In this document: piece after piece, positions 1 to 10,585 of the stretch
Layout: the number at the start of each line of letters is the position of its first letter
Position numbering within the stretch: position 1 is the stretch's first letter
Source of the DNA: a virus
Lineage: Duplodnaviria; Caudoviricetes
Virus record (IMG/VR): IMGVR_UViG_3300042878_000198
Location: 952-64,951 of that record
Direction: 5' to 3' (one strand)
Length of the DNA stretch: 64,000 nt
Translations under genes and position numbers: made by a program
The notes under the pieces: model-generated
The model's database searches: none
What the model was told of the DNA's origin: nothing
The model's input: the letters and a program-made list of their open reading frames with translations, nothing else

Positions 1-3000
1 GGCAATGTTGTCTTTGTAGAAATCATACTCTCCATTTCTTAGGAAGTCAAGATACTCTTCATTGATTTTTTCAACTCCAAAGTTTATCATTCCTCTTACT
101 CCGTTGCCAAAATTCCTGCCTACGGTGTAGCCAATAAATACGTTAGCCAATCCTCTTCCAAGCATTTGAAAGAATGACTTCTCATCTACTTCCTCTTCGT
201 CTTCCCAATCAAATGCAAGTCCAAGAGCAGCTCCAACAACACCCGCCCCCATGTTGGCAACCATAACCTGATAGATTACAGACCTAGTTGTGATGCCAGC
301 AAGTACAGCAGCAGCCTTTTGCTTAGTCATGTATCCTTCGTTGAACAAATTATAGACCGCACTTCTTGCTGCAGCATAATCAAAGTTCATAAAGTTGGTC
401 ATGAAAGAATTAAAGTTGTTCCAAGCCTTTTGTGTAAAACTTTGGTCTGGCTTTAGCTTACCCTTGAGAACTCCCATAAACTCGTTGTTAGCGGCACCTG
501 AGTATACAGACTCTTGGTCAGCCTTTCTTGTAGCCTGCTCAATTGCATCTGCATTCTTTTGCATATAATCAAGGTCATTATTAATCATCATCTCCTGATT
601 AACTTCTTCCCCTGTTATTCTTTTGAACTCATTCATAAAGCTACCAAACCAAAGAGGCATCGAAACAACCTTATCTGGAGTGGTTAGCATGGTATCTGCG
701 ATGTATTCAACAGGGTTCTGAACTAACTTTTTTAGAGTAAGATTATAAATCTGAGTTGTTCTATTTAGTAAGGCACCTTTTGATACACTGCCCTTTATGC
801 CTGATGTTTGCTTTAGTATTTGAGGGTCAACCAATTTACCAGATAGAGCATCTGAAGAGTAAAGTCTAGACGTTTGTTTTGACTTTGCGTTCTTCATGAA
901 CTCATACCCATTTGCAGAAGCAATAAGCTTTGCGTTCATAATACCTGTCCCCAAAGCCTTAGGATTTATAATTAATGCGTTAGCAATGTTGGATAATAAC
1001 TCACCCTTGAATCTAACAGTTCCTGCCAAAGCAGTTCTATATCCTTGCTTCTGAATAAAGTCAATCACTTCATTGCCAAGAGCATCCTGAGAAATGCTGT
1101 TGGTTAATATATTCTGAAGAGCCTCTTCGTATGCATTGTTAATTGCATTATTAATATCTCTCTGCTGCTTAGGAATTATCCCTGTTATTTCATTTAATTT
1201 ATTTTCATCTGTCACTCCTTTTTTCTTAGCTTCATCTCTTGCTTTTTTATCTGCTACTTTTTGAAGATTCTTTTCTGCTTGAATCAAAGTCCTTCTAGCA
1301 GTTCGAATAGGAGAGGTCATATTGTAATCCAACAACACAAACTTGGCCCCCTTTTGAGTAGATGTAAACAAGTCAAAGTTAAGTGGAGTCAAAGCGTCAG
1401 TTCGCTCAATTAAAGACTTAGCCTTTGTTGAAGGCTTCATTGATTTACTGTAGCTGTTAGAGAACTCAGGAGCAGCGGTATCATCCATAGGGCTTTGCTC
1501 GTGCAAAACATTGTGGTGAAAATAATTGTCCATCAACTCAACCTTATTACCACGTATCACAGACGCAGTATAAGCAGCTTTCTCTCCTAGAGATTCGTTG
1601 ATTTCAGTCATGACTTTAATGGCATTCTTTTCTGCGTCATTAAATGTATTGTAGAATTTGTCCAAGTCAACTTCCCCCTTTGTGGTATAGCTTTCAACTT
1701 CTTCAAGTATCTTCTCTAGCTTATCAGCATCAGCATCTTTAAACACTGAATTGCCAATTCTTATATGCTTAATAGTAGCTTTAAGATAATCAGCGACAGG
1801 CTTAACGCCTTTCTTGCCTACGTTTGACTCGTACTCACGTTGCAACATATAGGTTGTCATTCTAAACTTAGACATTAGATACTTGTCAGGGTTCTGAGTA
1901 AATGATGCCAACACTTTGTTTTGAGCGGCCTCTATTTTTTGGTCTACTCTTTTTAACTCTGAGTTAAATCTAGACAAACCCTGAGCAGACTTTTCAAATA
2001 ATGAGTTAAATATGTCTCTAGTTTTAAAGTCACCAAAGACGTTATCTATATAGTATAGAGGGTTTGCTCTTATCAATTCATCTATTGTCTTTTTAAAAGC
2101 ACCTAATTTTGAATCCTTTAACTTTTCTTTTGCTCTAGAATATAGCTTAGAGAAAGCTAAAGGCTTAGCCTTTTCTATGGAGCCAGAAAGAACCTTACCA
2201 GACTTGATAGAATTAAGTTTCTCTACAACTATTTTAGCATAATGAGGAAGATACCCGTTATTGATGTTGTTGATAACCTTGATTATGTTTTTAAGGTCAG
2301 TCAAAGAAAGATTCATCAATTCCTCTACGCTTAACTCTTTGATGAGCTTTGCTAAATTTATTGCATCTTCTTTCTCATCACGGCTAGGCAATGGGAATTC
2401 CTTGTTATCAATCTTTAGAGCCTTTAATATTTCAATTTCCTTCTTTTTATCCGCTTCAATTTCCGCATCAGTCAAATCTACTTTTTCTACTTGAGGAAGT
2501 ATCTCAGACTTGTACTTTCTCATTAGGTCTGCTTCATCTACAGTGATGGACCCTTTATCTATCATGCTCTTGATAGTTTCAGAATAGTTAAGTTCACCAT
2601 CTTCGTTAAAGACTTTGTCGTTGTAGTTATTGAATCTATCGGCAAGAGCGTCTACTGAAGAACGCTCATTCTTTATTTCATCAAGTATTTCATTGACCTG
2701 CTTTAGCACCTTGACTCTGTCAGGGATACTAAGTACTGCTTTTCTTGCGCTAAAGTCTTCTAAGATACCCAAGTACTTCTCCAATTGATTTAAAGGAATA
2801 AGTGTTGGGTTGATTGATAGCAATTGATTCAATGGCTCAAATAGGTCCTGAGCTATACCAATCTTAGTCTTGATATTTTCTTTGGCCTTTTTGATTTGAG
2901 CTAATGCAGTAGTCATTTTACCAACATACTCTGCCTTAGAGAACACCTTAGCAACGTAGTCCACAAAGTTAGATATGGATGCCTCACTCAATGGATTCAT

Positions 3001-6000
3001 CTTGAGTGCTCTAACAGTAAGGCTAGTGGCTTGATTAAGCGTAATCTTACCATCTGTACCCATCTGCTTAATCTCATCTGCCAAGAATTTATTTGCCTCA
3101 GCTATAGACTTCTTAGCTGCAACCGCACCTTCAGCAAGTTCTTTGATTCGCTTTTTAAGAACCTGTGTTTCAGTCATGGTTATCTTAGTGATATCCTTTA
3201 GCTGACCAAGTATTCTCTTTGCGGTTGGTGCTGACTTTTGTCTTAGGCCAAGCATCTTACGGACATCACGTACTAGCTTTTCTTTCTGTACGTCAGTGGC
3301 TTCTGTGTATGTTTTTGAGTTCTTGAGCTTGCTTATTACTTCTTTGGAGTCAACACCATTTATAATAAGGTTCTCAATTCTTCCCATCAAAGAATCATAA
3401 CCACTAATTGTCTCTTCAGACAATGTTATTCTTCCTGCAGCAGGGACATCTTTTGCCATCGCTTTCTTGATGTCAGCCTTAGATACACCCTTTCCTTCAA
3501 GGAATGATTTTATTACCTCCTCAGAAAATCCCTGAGCTCTTGCTTGTTGTACTACCTTCTTTGCTTTGGCCTCAGTATTTAGTTGTGACTTTGATACAGG
3601 AAATTCTTTCTTGATATTCTTAACATCCTCTTGAAGCATCAAAGGAAAGTTGTCAAACATAATTTGGTCTTCTCTTGAGAATCCTTCTGTCTCAGAAAGC
3701 AGAGTTTTTCTTCTCTGCTCTGGAGTCATCTTTGCTCTTATCTCAACATTTTTAGCCTCAACTTCACCCGATACTCTTCGATAAAGATTATACCCATCTG
3801 CTTTTTTATTTAATTTTTTAAATATATCTGCTAATATTTTCTCATCTACTTTACCACCCTTTTCCTCTATTCTATAAGTTGCCTCTTTACGTATGTATTC
3901 TTTTTCTGCCGTAGTAAACTTTTCCTTTGAAAGCTCAACCATTCTTTTGTAAGTAGCCAATACGCTCTTATAAGAATCGGTCAATTTATTTAGGTCCTCT
4001 TTTACTATAGGTGATACATATTTTTTATATAACTTAATATCTTCTTTTGTTTTATCTACTAAATTTTTAGAGATATTTACAATTACTTTCATCATTGCTT
4101 CAGCATACTTAGGGTTTGAGCCCGTCTCAAATACCTCTATATTCTGAATGTAATGCTGAATTTCATGAAGCATTGTCATCTCTGCTTCATTTTTATTTTT
4201 ATTATAAAGGTCTAAGCTTATATTTATTTTATTTTGAGAAGGAATATATTCTCCTAAATCTTCATCATCAAGCTTCTTAAATTGAACGGTTATTTTTTTA
4301 GCGTCAGGATATGCAGCGAATAAATCAGGAGCAGAAAATATATCCCCCAATATAGCTACTCTAGATTCAGCATCATTATTTTGAATATCTAATTGTTTTT
4401 TTAAATCATTAAGGTCAATGTCCTTGAACTTACCATCGGGTATTTCATATCTCCATTTACCTTCTTTTCCCTTTTCCCATCCTGTAGAGTTTCTAATAAT
4501 CTGAGGACTGATTTTATTATCATCCATAGCCTCAGCTTCAATTAATTTTCTCTTAACTGTAGCAGATAGATTAGCATTCTTGCCAATCAATTGAGCCTTT
4601 GATATTGGCATCTCTTTCTCTATAGGCTCATTAAATTCTGCAACTTTAGGAATAGAACCTGCACTTGATGACACATTCTTTTTCTCAAAATTAGGTTCAT
4701 CAGCCTTTCTTGAAACCTCTTCACCTGACTTGTTATATTTAACATAATTGTCAGTTACATTGCTTGAATTATAAAATTGAGTAGGCTGATATATGCCATT
4801 TATTTTAGCTAAAATAGACCACCCAAATGATGGGTGATGGTCTAGTGCGCCTGCTTTTGTTTGAACTATCTGAAATGTTTTGGGGTCAAATTCAACAACA
4901 TTAATTATCTCCCCCCCCTTAACACCATCATTAAGAGGGTCCATTATTCTATTAAAGAACTCCTCTTTATTTTTTATACCTATAGCTTTCTGAAACGTCT
5001 TGTCTGCAGATATAGCATTGTTTAGAGCCTTCCTTAAGTTGGGTGAGTAATTATTTTTAATATCTAGCAGGTCGACTATCTGCTTAGGATTATCCTTGAA
5101 GGAATCAAAGTTAGATATATCTTTACCTGCCTTGGTTTTAAATGCATCAAAAGCCTTTTTGTTATCCTTGTTAGAGCTAATTGTTTTATTAAAAACATCA
5201 ATCAATTCAGAGTCACTCATTATTTTTTTATCTATAATCAAGTTCACAAGTTCTGCAAACGTATGCTGCTGAAATTGCCAAGATTCAGATAATGTTCCTG
5301 AGTGTGGCGCAAACAATGACGCTTGCCCTTGTATTGCATTACGTGCAAAGGATTCCGCTTGTGCCTTATTATTGAATGCGGCTAGATTAGAAACATCGCC
5401 TATCTTCTTGTCCTGTAGAGACATCATGTATGGAACATAGTTCTTGCCGCCAAGCATATTTATAGTAAACCCATTTCCCAAGTCGGTTACACCCGCATTG
5501 GTATAGTCATACATATTCGTGACAAACTTTTTTCCGCTAAAATCTCTTATGTCAACGTCCTGAACTAAGTCTTTTATAAACGACCTACTATCATTTGCTA
5601 CACTAGGAGCATCCTTTACATCTACCCTGCTTTTTGAACCAAAGTTAAATGTACCTACCTCTCCTCCTCCGTTTAACTCTATGTCCTCTCCTTGACGAAT
5701 TGAACTAGATATGCTGTTAAAGAAATCAACCAACTGCTTGGTGTCCTTGATATCTTGGAAAGGCTTAAATGTTCCATTGGTTAATTTTGAAACCACATCA
5801 TTTATAATAGCCGCAATTTTTTGAAACGTATTGACAGATAAAGTAGCTTCCTGTTGCTCTAAAACTGCCGTTAACTCTGCAAGGTATTCTTCGTAAGAAG
5901 CATCTTCATTATAGTTCTCAGAAAATTCCATCAACATATTGTTGGAACTTTCATTTAAAACCTTAGATATCCTGTCTCTAAATGACTTGTATAGTTCAGG

Positions 6001-8715
6001 CGTACCATTAAACGCCTTAGCCATGATTGCGTGAGCAACCTCGTGAGCTACGGTACTGCTATTGGCGCTGTTTAGATTAATGTCAATACGTCCTGAGCCA
6101 TCTTTATATATGGCAAAATTGCCTCTAGAATCTTTTGCTCCACCTATCTCATCCATTGCAGTATTAAAGCTTCCCTCCTCATCGTGTAGTACGATGTCAA
6201 AGTTTGGAAGTACAGACTTTAATGTCTTTAAAACTCGTTGAGCAGATTCAATGACCTTGACTCTTTGCTTGTCAGTTGTTTTTGTTTTTATATTATCAAC
6301 TGCAGACTTGTTAGTTACAGATACCCCTTGGTTAGCAGTTGTAGTAGGAGCCTCTTCCTCTGCAAACATCTGCTCCATACTAGCCATCTGCTGTTCTTGA
6401 GTAAGTTGAGATACAGCCGGAGTAGCCTCAGTCGCTGGAGATACACTTGAAGATACAGCTGGAGATATAGTCGCCTTAGTTTTTTTAGTTTTAGAGGGAG
6501 CCACAGGCCGCATTAATACTCTTCCCTCTCCTAATTTTTGTTTAACTTTAAATCCCCTTGCCTCCAGCATTTTTTGCATTACAGGATTTACCACATCCAC
6601 TTCTGTAATTGCCTTTGGATTTTCATCTTTAATATCAGAAGGCATTTTTAATACAGCATCAAGTAAATTAGAGCCAATACCCGTGCCTTCTTGACCTTCG
6701 TCAACCACTACATCAAAAGTATACTTATATCCATCGTACGATGTAAATGCACCACCAATGACATTGCCATCAGCATCTCTTGCAACATAGGCAATCTCTC
6801 TATCTGATGTAATACCAAGGTTTCTTTTCTTAGCTATATCTTTTACCTGTTCTTCAGCGTCATAATCTATTTCACCCTCTTCAGTTATAGCACTTTCTAT
6901 TACCACCCCTTCAGGTAGTTGCTTTTTAGTTACTACTTCTTCTTGGACACCCGCTTCGGTAGTGACTTGAGGTTCTGCTTGGGGTACTCCTTGCTCCACT
7001 TCTTGGCCAACTGTGGCTCCTGACTGAACAGGTACTTCACCTGCTGCTTGCTCTTGAACGGCATCTTGTTGTATGGTTTTAGGTTTACCAATAATTTTAT
7101 AAGTAGTAGGCTGATATGGGTCATCAGGTTCTACTTCTTGTATTTGAAAATCAATCTTCTTGTATGAATTTGCAAGGTTTCCAACAATACCCTGAGCTTG
7201 CTCCTCAGTTAGTGCATCATCTGCATACTCTAAATCACCTTTAGGAGATTCAATAAAGTTATAGTCAGCACTACCATAAGATAATTTTCTAAGTTTATTC
7301 TCCTCAAGAACTTTTACAGTCTCTTTTAAAGATTCATTATTAGAATCAACCTGAGCTATCTTCTTTTCTACATCTTTAATTGATTTGTCAATCTCTTCAA
7401 TCTCCTCATCAGATGTGGCTCTAGCTCTTCTTCCTAGCAACGCTGTAAGCACACCGTTCATGATTGCGCCTACTGTACCACCTACAGCAGCAGCCTCGCC
7501 TACGCCATCTAAGAAGCCTCTAGTGGTGCCATATATAGCATCTGCTGTTACGTTCTCATATACAGCCTGAACGCCTTCAGTGATTAATTCTTCGCCACCA
7601 CCAACTACTGCTCTCTTTAATATCTCTACCCCTTTGTTACCAACTAAAACATTATCCAGTCTCTTAAATAAATTATTTACTGGTAACATCTCTAGAGGAA
7701 AGGTCATCACTGCATTTTGAATAGCAAATCCAAGTGCTTCATTTTCCGTAGCCCCTTCCAGCTTTGCTTGTTTGTATGATGGAGCGGCTACCTGTGAAAT
7801 AGTTAAAACTCCTTGAGCCGTACCTATTCTAGAGACTATATTTTTACTATAGTTAGCAACAGCCTGCATTGAAATCCCTTTCTTTCCAGCCTCCTTAGCA
7901 ATAGCCATAGCTCCTCCTGACATTCCGCCAGTAAGTATTATTGGAACCATTTCACCTAAAGCATTGGAAACCTGACCCCAAAATCCGGACTCAATGTCTT
8001 TGTCTGTTGGAATAAAATCATTTATTAAATCCTTCCACTCACTAGCAGCTTGGTAAAGATTAACATTAGCTCCCAATGGAAGATTCACATTAAGTGCAGA
8101 AGTCTCATCAACTAAACCAGTCTTTGCAACTAAGTTTGTTGCTGCAGCGGTGGCTATTGCGGCAGTCTCTAAAACCCCAGCTGGGGACTTAATAGCTCCT
8201 TTAGCCAAAACTTTACCTATCTCTCCAAATACCTTAGGAATACTCTTCCCTATAAATTCAGGAGCTCTACCCGTAGTCTTAACCCCAGAGATGCCCATTG
8301 GGCCAAACATTACCTCTTCAGTATACGGGGGTTGTGTGGGCTGGTCAGGTTGAACAGATGGTATTTGCTCAGGCAAAGGCTTTCCGGGTTGATACCCGAA
8401 CTGAGCCATCTCAGGTTCAACTGATTCGGACGAAGCCAAAGAACCAAGTGCCGAAGGTAATGCCGTAGTATCTTCTTTTTTTTTTAACTCTGCTGACATT
8501 TCAGGTTCTTGACCTGAGGCTTTTATAGGGGATACACCCATCAATATTTTATAATCGTCTATTGATTTTTTGTATCCATTCTGTACGGATAAATTATAAA
8601 TATCATTTAAAGCATTTGAATTGGTAGAAAGCAATGTCTTAAATTCATCAACTGATTTCTTGTATCCATTCTGTACCGCTAGGTTGTACGAGTCTATAAT
8701 AGCCTGTTCGTTCAT
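1..8715 (-). CDS. Giant (>2,905 aa, 3' end outside window) virion-associated/ejected large polyvalent protein with a GNAT-like domain, two zincin HExxH motifs and an LPD23-like motif
   Basis: ATG at 8715 (MNEQAIIDSYNLAVQNGYKK...) is in frame with codon 1-3 (...FYKDNIA). No stop seen in manual translation, and the ORF track lists no terminated ORF in this frame. Motifs: VVDEGQEGTGIGSNLL (~6660-6710), HEVAH (6031-6045), TGWEKGKEGKWRYEIPD (~4440-4487), HEIQH (4153-4167), GEVEAKNVE (~3745-3770). Lies after the ejection-type genes. Confidence 0.88.
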   Translation of the reverse strand, partial: MNEQAIIDSYNLAVQNGYKKSVDEFKTLLSTNSNALNDIYNLSVQNGYKKSIDDYKILMGVSPIKASGQEPEMSAELKKKEDTTALPSALGSLASSESVEPEMAQFGYQPGKPLPEQIPSVQPDQPTQPPYTEEVMFGPMGISGVKTTGRAPEFIGKSIPKVFGEIGKVLAKGAIKSPAGVLETAAIATAAATNLVAKTGLVDETSALNVNLPLGANVNLYQAASEWKDLINDFIPTDKDIESGFWGQVSNALGEMVPIILTGGMSGGAMAIAKEAGKKGISMQAVANYSKNIVSRIGTAQGVLTISQVAAPSYKQAKLEGATENEALGFAIQNAVMTFPLEMLPVNNLFKRLDNVLVGNKGVEILKRAVVGGGEELITEGVQAVYENVTADAIYGTTRGFLDGVGEAAAVGGTVGAIMNGVLTALLGRRARATSDEEIEEIDKSIKDVEKKIAQVDSNNESLKETVKVLEENKLRKLSYGSADYNFIESPKGDLEYADDALTEEQAQGIVGNLANSYKKIDFQIQEVEPDDPYQPTTYKIIGKPKTIQQDAVQEQAAGEVPVQSGATVGQEVEQGVPQAEPQVTTEAGVQEEVVTKKQLPEGVVIESAITEEGEIDYDAEEQVKDIAKKRNLGITSDREIAYVARDADGNVIGGAFTSYDGYKYTFDVVVDEGQEGTGIGSNLLDAVLKMPSDIKDENPKAITEVDVVNPVMQKMLEARGFKVKQKLGEGRVLMRPVAPSKTKKTKATISPAVSSSVSPATEATPAVSQLTQEQQMASMEQMFAEEEAPTTTANQGVSVTNKSAVDNIKTKTTDKQRVKVIESAQRVLKTLKSVLPNFDIVLHDEEGSFNTAMDEIGGAKDSRGNFAIYKDGSGRIDINLNSANSSTVAHEVAHAIMAKAFNGTPELYKSFRDRISKVLNESSNNMLMEFSENYNEDASYEEYLAELTAVLEQQEATLSVNTFQKIAAIINDVVSKLTNGTFKPFQDIKDTKQLVDFFNSISSSIRQGEDIELNGGGEVGTFNFGSKSRVDVKDAPSVANDSRSFIKDLVQDVDIRDFSGKKFVTNMYDYTNAGVTDLGNGFTINMLGGKNYVPYMMSLQDKKIGDVSNLAAFNNKAQAESFARNAIQGQASLFAPHSGTLSESWQFQQHTFAELVNLIIDKKIMSDSELIDVFNKTISSNKDNKKAFDAFKTKAGKDISNFDSFKDNPKQIVDLLDIKNNYSPNLRKALNNAISADKTFQKAIGIKNKEEFFNRIMDPLNDGVKGGEIINVVEFDPKTFQIVQTKAGALDHHPSFGWSILAKINGIYQPTQFYNSSNVTDNYVKYNKSGEEVSRKADEPNFEKKNVSSSAGSIPKVAEFNEPIEKEMPISKAQLIGKNANLSATVKRKLIEAEAMDDNKISPQIIRNSTGWEKGKEGKWRYEIPDGKFKDIDLNDLKKQLDIQNNDAESRVAILGDIFSAPDLFAAYPDAKKITVQFKKLDDEDLGEYIPSQNKINISLDLYNKNKNEAEMTMLHEIQHYIQNIEVFETGSNPKYAEAMMKVIVNISKNLVDKTKEDIKLYKKYVSPIVKEDLNKLTDSYKSVLATYKRMVELSKEKFTTAEKEYIRKEATYRIEEKGGKVDEKILADIFKKLNKKADGYNLYRRVSGEVEAKNVEIRAKMTPEQRRKTLLSETEGFSREDQIMFDNFPLMLQEDVKNIKKEFPVSKSQLNTEAKAKKVVQQARAQGFSEEVIKSFLEGKGVSKADIKKAMAKDVPAAGRITLSEETISGYDSLMGRIENLIINGVDSKEVISKLKNSKTYTEATDVQKEKLVRDVRKMLGLRQKSAPTAKRILGQLKDITKITMTETQVLKKRIKELAEGAVAAKKSIAEANKFLADEIKQMGTDGKITLNQATSLTVRALKMNPLSEASISNFVDYVAKVFSKAEYVGKMTTALAQIKKAKENIKTKIGIAQDLFEPLNQLLSINPTLIPLNQLEKYLGILEDFSARKAVLSIPDRVKVLKQVNEILDEIKNERSSVDALADRFNNYNDKVFNEDGELNYSETIKSMIDKGSITVDEADLMRKYKSEILPQVEKVDLTDAEIEADKKKEIEILKALKIDNKEFPLPSRDEKEDAINLAKLIKELSVEELMNLSLTDLKNIIKVINNINNGYLPHYAKIVVEKLNSIKSGKVLSGSIEKAKPLAFSKLYSRAKEKLKDSKLGAFKKTIDELIRANPLYYIDNVFGDFKTRDIFNSLFEKSAQGLSRFNSELKRVDQKIEAAQNKVLASFTQNPDKYLMSKFRMTTYMLQREYESNVGKKGVKPVADYLKATIKHIRIGNSVFKDADADKLEKILEEVESYTTKGEVDLDKFYNTFNDAEKNAIKVMTEINESLGEKAAYTASVIRGNKVELMDNYFHHNVLHEQSPMDDTAAPEFSNSYSKSMKPSTKAKSLIERTDALTPLNFDLFTSTQKGAKFVLLDYNMTSPIRTARRTLIQAEKNLQKVADKKARDEAKKKGVTDENKLNEITGIIPKQQRDINNAINNAYEEALQNILTNSISQDALGNEVIDFIQKQGYRTALAGTVRFKGELLSNIANALIINPKALGTGIMNAKLIASANGYEFMKNAKSKQTSRLYSSDALSGKLVDPQILKQTSGIKGSVSKGALLNRTTQIYNLTLKKLVQNPVEYIADTMLTTPDKVVSMPLWFGSFMNEFKRITGEEVNQEMMINNDLDYMQKNADAIEQATRKADQESVYSGAANNEFMGVLKGKLKPDQSFTQKAWNNFNSFMTNFMNFDYAAARSAVYNLFNEGYMTKQKAAAVLAGITTRSVIYQVMVANMGAGVVGAALGLAFDWEDEEEVDEKSFFQMLGRGLANVFIGYTVGRNFGNGVRGMINFGVEKINEEYLDFLRNGEYDFYKDNIA
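6933..7064 (-). CDS. Nested/overprinted 43-aa basic protein MPFKSKQQVKYLFSQEPQLAKKWSKEYPKQNLKSLPKRVSKKK
   Basis: Alternative frame inside the giant ORF, with an A-rich context (ATACAACAAG-ATG) like that of the giant gene (CATACAAG-ATG). Resembles the MPFKS.KQ...AKKW small phage proteins (recalled, not searched). Confidence 0.55.
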   Translation of the reverse strand: MPFKSKQQVKYLFSQEPQLAKKWSKEYPKQNLKSLPKRVSKKK

Positions 8716-8737
8716 CTTGTATGCTTGTATGTATTAA

Positions 8738-10579
8738 TTAATATCCTCCCATAACTCCACCTGTTTTTCTGCTTGTCTTAGGAAATAAGCTTAGCACAGC
8801 TTCGGCTGCCATTTCTTGTTCCTCAGCAGTTCCTCCCTTAGCATAAGTTTTAATAATAAAATCCTGCATATTTTTAAGTGCAGTTTTATTTTTAGCTGGG
8901 TCTCCTACTTTATATCCTGCTGATTCTACTCCGTTAACATCGACAAAAACATTTCCTGCTGCATTATAATCAAATTTAACTCCTGACAGTTTTGGTGAAA
9001 TAAACTTGTTAAACTGCTCTGTCAAAGCTTCTCCGCTTGTAAGCTTTTGAAGATACGGAGTTAGTTTAGGAGTCTGAATGCTTTCAGAAACAATTGTATT
9101 TAGCTCATCTAATGGGGCTTGGTCGGAAGCTTGTGCTTCAAATCCTGTAGCCTCTGTAGTCTCATTTAAAGTTGCGCCTTTTGGAAGAAAATTCTGGAAT
9201 TCTCTAATTAACACATCTTGATTTATATCATATACCCTAGCAAGAGGTCCAACAAATGATTTCACGAATGAAGTTGGGTCAGCAAGAGTCTTACCATCTG
9301 CTCTAAATTTAAATTCTTGAAGATTTCCATTTTCATCTACAATACTAAATCCATTTTTTGTTTTATTAAAATCAATTCCTGTTAATCCACTTATAAATTT
9401 AGTACCTGAATTTGATTTATTCGCATCTCCAGTAAGAGCAAATACTAAATTCTCAGCTATGTTTTTAGCATCTGCTCGTGCTTTTTGCTCAGCATCCTCT
9501 CCAGTGCTATCCGCTCTTTGTCTAGAAACCTGACCACCTTGGTCAATAGTTTCTTTTCTAGTAATCATTCCTAGTAATTGACCTGTCATCCATTTCTCGG
9601 CAGCAGCATTTTGAGTATCATTAAATTTATATTCTGCTCTACCTGTGTCAGGGTCTGTTACTTTAAGAATTAAGTTAGGGTCTTTGGCAGCAGCCTCAGG
9701 GTCTGTTGTAGTTGTATAACCCAAGGTATCTCTAAGTAAAGATGCCTTCTGTAATGGGTTAGCCATAGCTGAATTAACAGAGCTTTTCATTGATGAGTAA
9801 AACTCAAATAGCACCTCCTTAGTAGCAGGGTCAATATCATTTCTTAGTCTAAGGTCTTCTACAGAAGTAATGCTTCCAAGCTTACTCATTGTAGCTGGGT
9901 CTATTGAAGCTTGAATCTCTGTACCTAAAGTATCAGCTATGCCAACCAATGCTTCTCTAGGTTTGAACTTATCAATCCTTCCAAAGATACCACCTTGTAT
10001 GTACTGCATTCCTCTAGTACTACCACTCTTTAGACCCATTACTTTTTGACCATCAATGTCTTGCTCTTCCTTTAAGCCAACATTAACTCTGCCTGTTGGT
10101 GAATCAATAAAGAATCCTGACTGTCTAAAGTTTCCGTATCCTTGAATTTCTTCTAAGTTTTCTATTTCTAGAAGTGAAGATTTATCAGTCTTTGCTCTTT
10201 CCATTAACTCAGCATACTTAGCTTGGAATTCTTTCATTGCACCAAACGCTTGTCTGGTTCCGTCAGTTAAATTCTGACGAGCAATCATATAGTCTCTAGG
10301 GTCTAACAACCCACTCTTTAATAGCTTCTCTTGTTGAAGCATATATTTAGTTGCTTGGTCAGCAAATCTTAAAGCTTCTGTACTTCCGGGTTCATGCTCT
10401 CCTTGAGGGGCATTTGATAACTCTTCGGCATATCTACGTGTAGCCTCATCAATAGCCGCCTTCTTCTCTTCTCTTACAGCAACTTCCTGACGGAGCATAT
10501 CCGTCATATCCTTGCCTATCTCAGCCCAATTGACCTGAGATTCAGCACTACGTTCAGCGTATTTATAAAATGTAGCCAT
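8738..10579 (-). CDS. Putative internal virion/ejection protein (613 aa)
   Basis: Long helical ORF between the pilot-like gene and the giant protein, the usual podovirus order. Confidence 0.6.
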   Translation of the reverse strand: MATFYKYAERSAESQVNWAEIGKDMTDMLRQEVAVREEKKAAIDEATRRYAEELSNAPQGEHEPGSTEALRFADQATKYMLQQEKLLKSGLLDPRDYMIARQNLTDGTRQAFGAMKEFQAKYAELMERAKTDKSSLLEIENLEEIQGYGNFRQSGFFIDSPTGRVNVGLKEEQDIDGQKVMGLKSGSTRGMQYIQGGIFGRIDKFKPREALVGIADTLGTEIQASIDPATMSKLGSITSVEDLRLRNDIDPATKEVLFEFYSSMKSSVNSAMANPLQKASLLRDTLGYTTTTDPEAAAKDPNLILKVTDPDTGRAEYKFNDTQNAAAEKWMTGQLLGMITRKETIDQGGQVSRQRADSTGEDAEQKARADAKNIAENLVFALTGDANKSNSGTKFISGLTGIDFNKTKNGFSIVDENGNLQEFKFRADGKTLADPTSFVKSFVGPLARVYDINQDVLIREFQNFLPKGATLNETTEATGFEAQASDQAPLDELNTIVSESIQTPKLTPYLQKLTSGEALTEQFNKFISPKLSGVKFDYNAAGNVFVDVNGVESAGYKVGDPAKNKTALKNMQDFIIKTYAKGGTAEEQEMAAEAVLSLFPKTSRKTGGVMGGY

Positions 10580-10585
10580 TAATTA

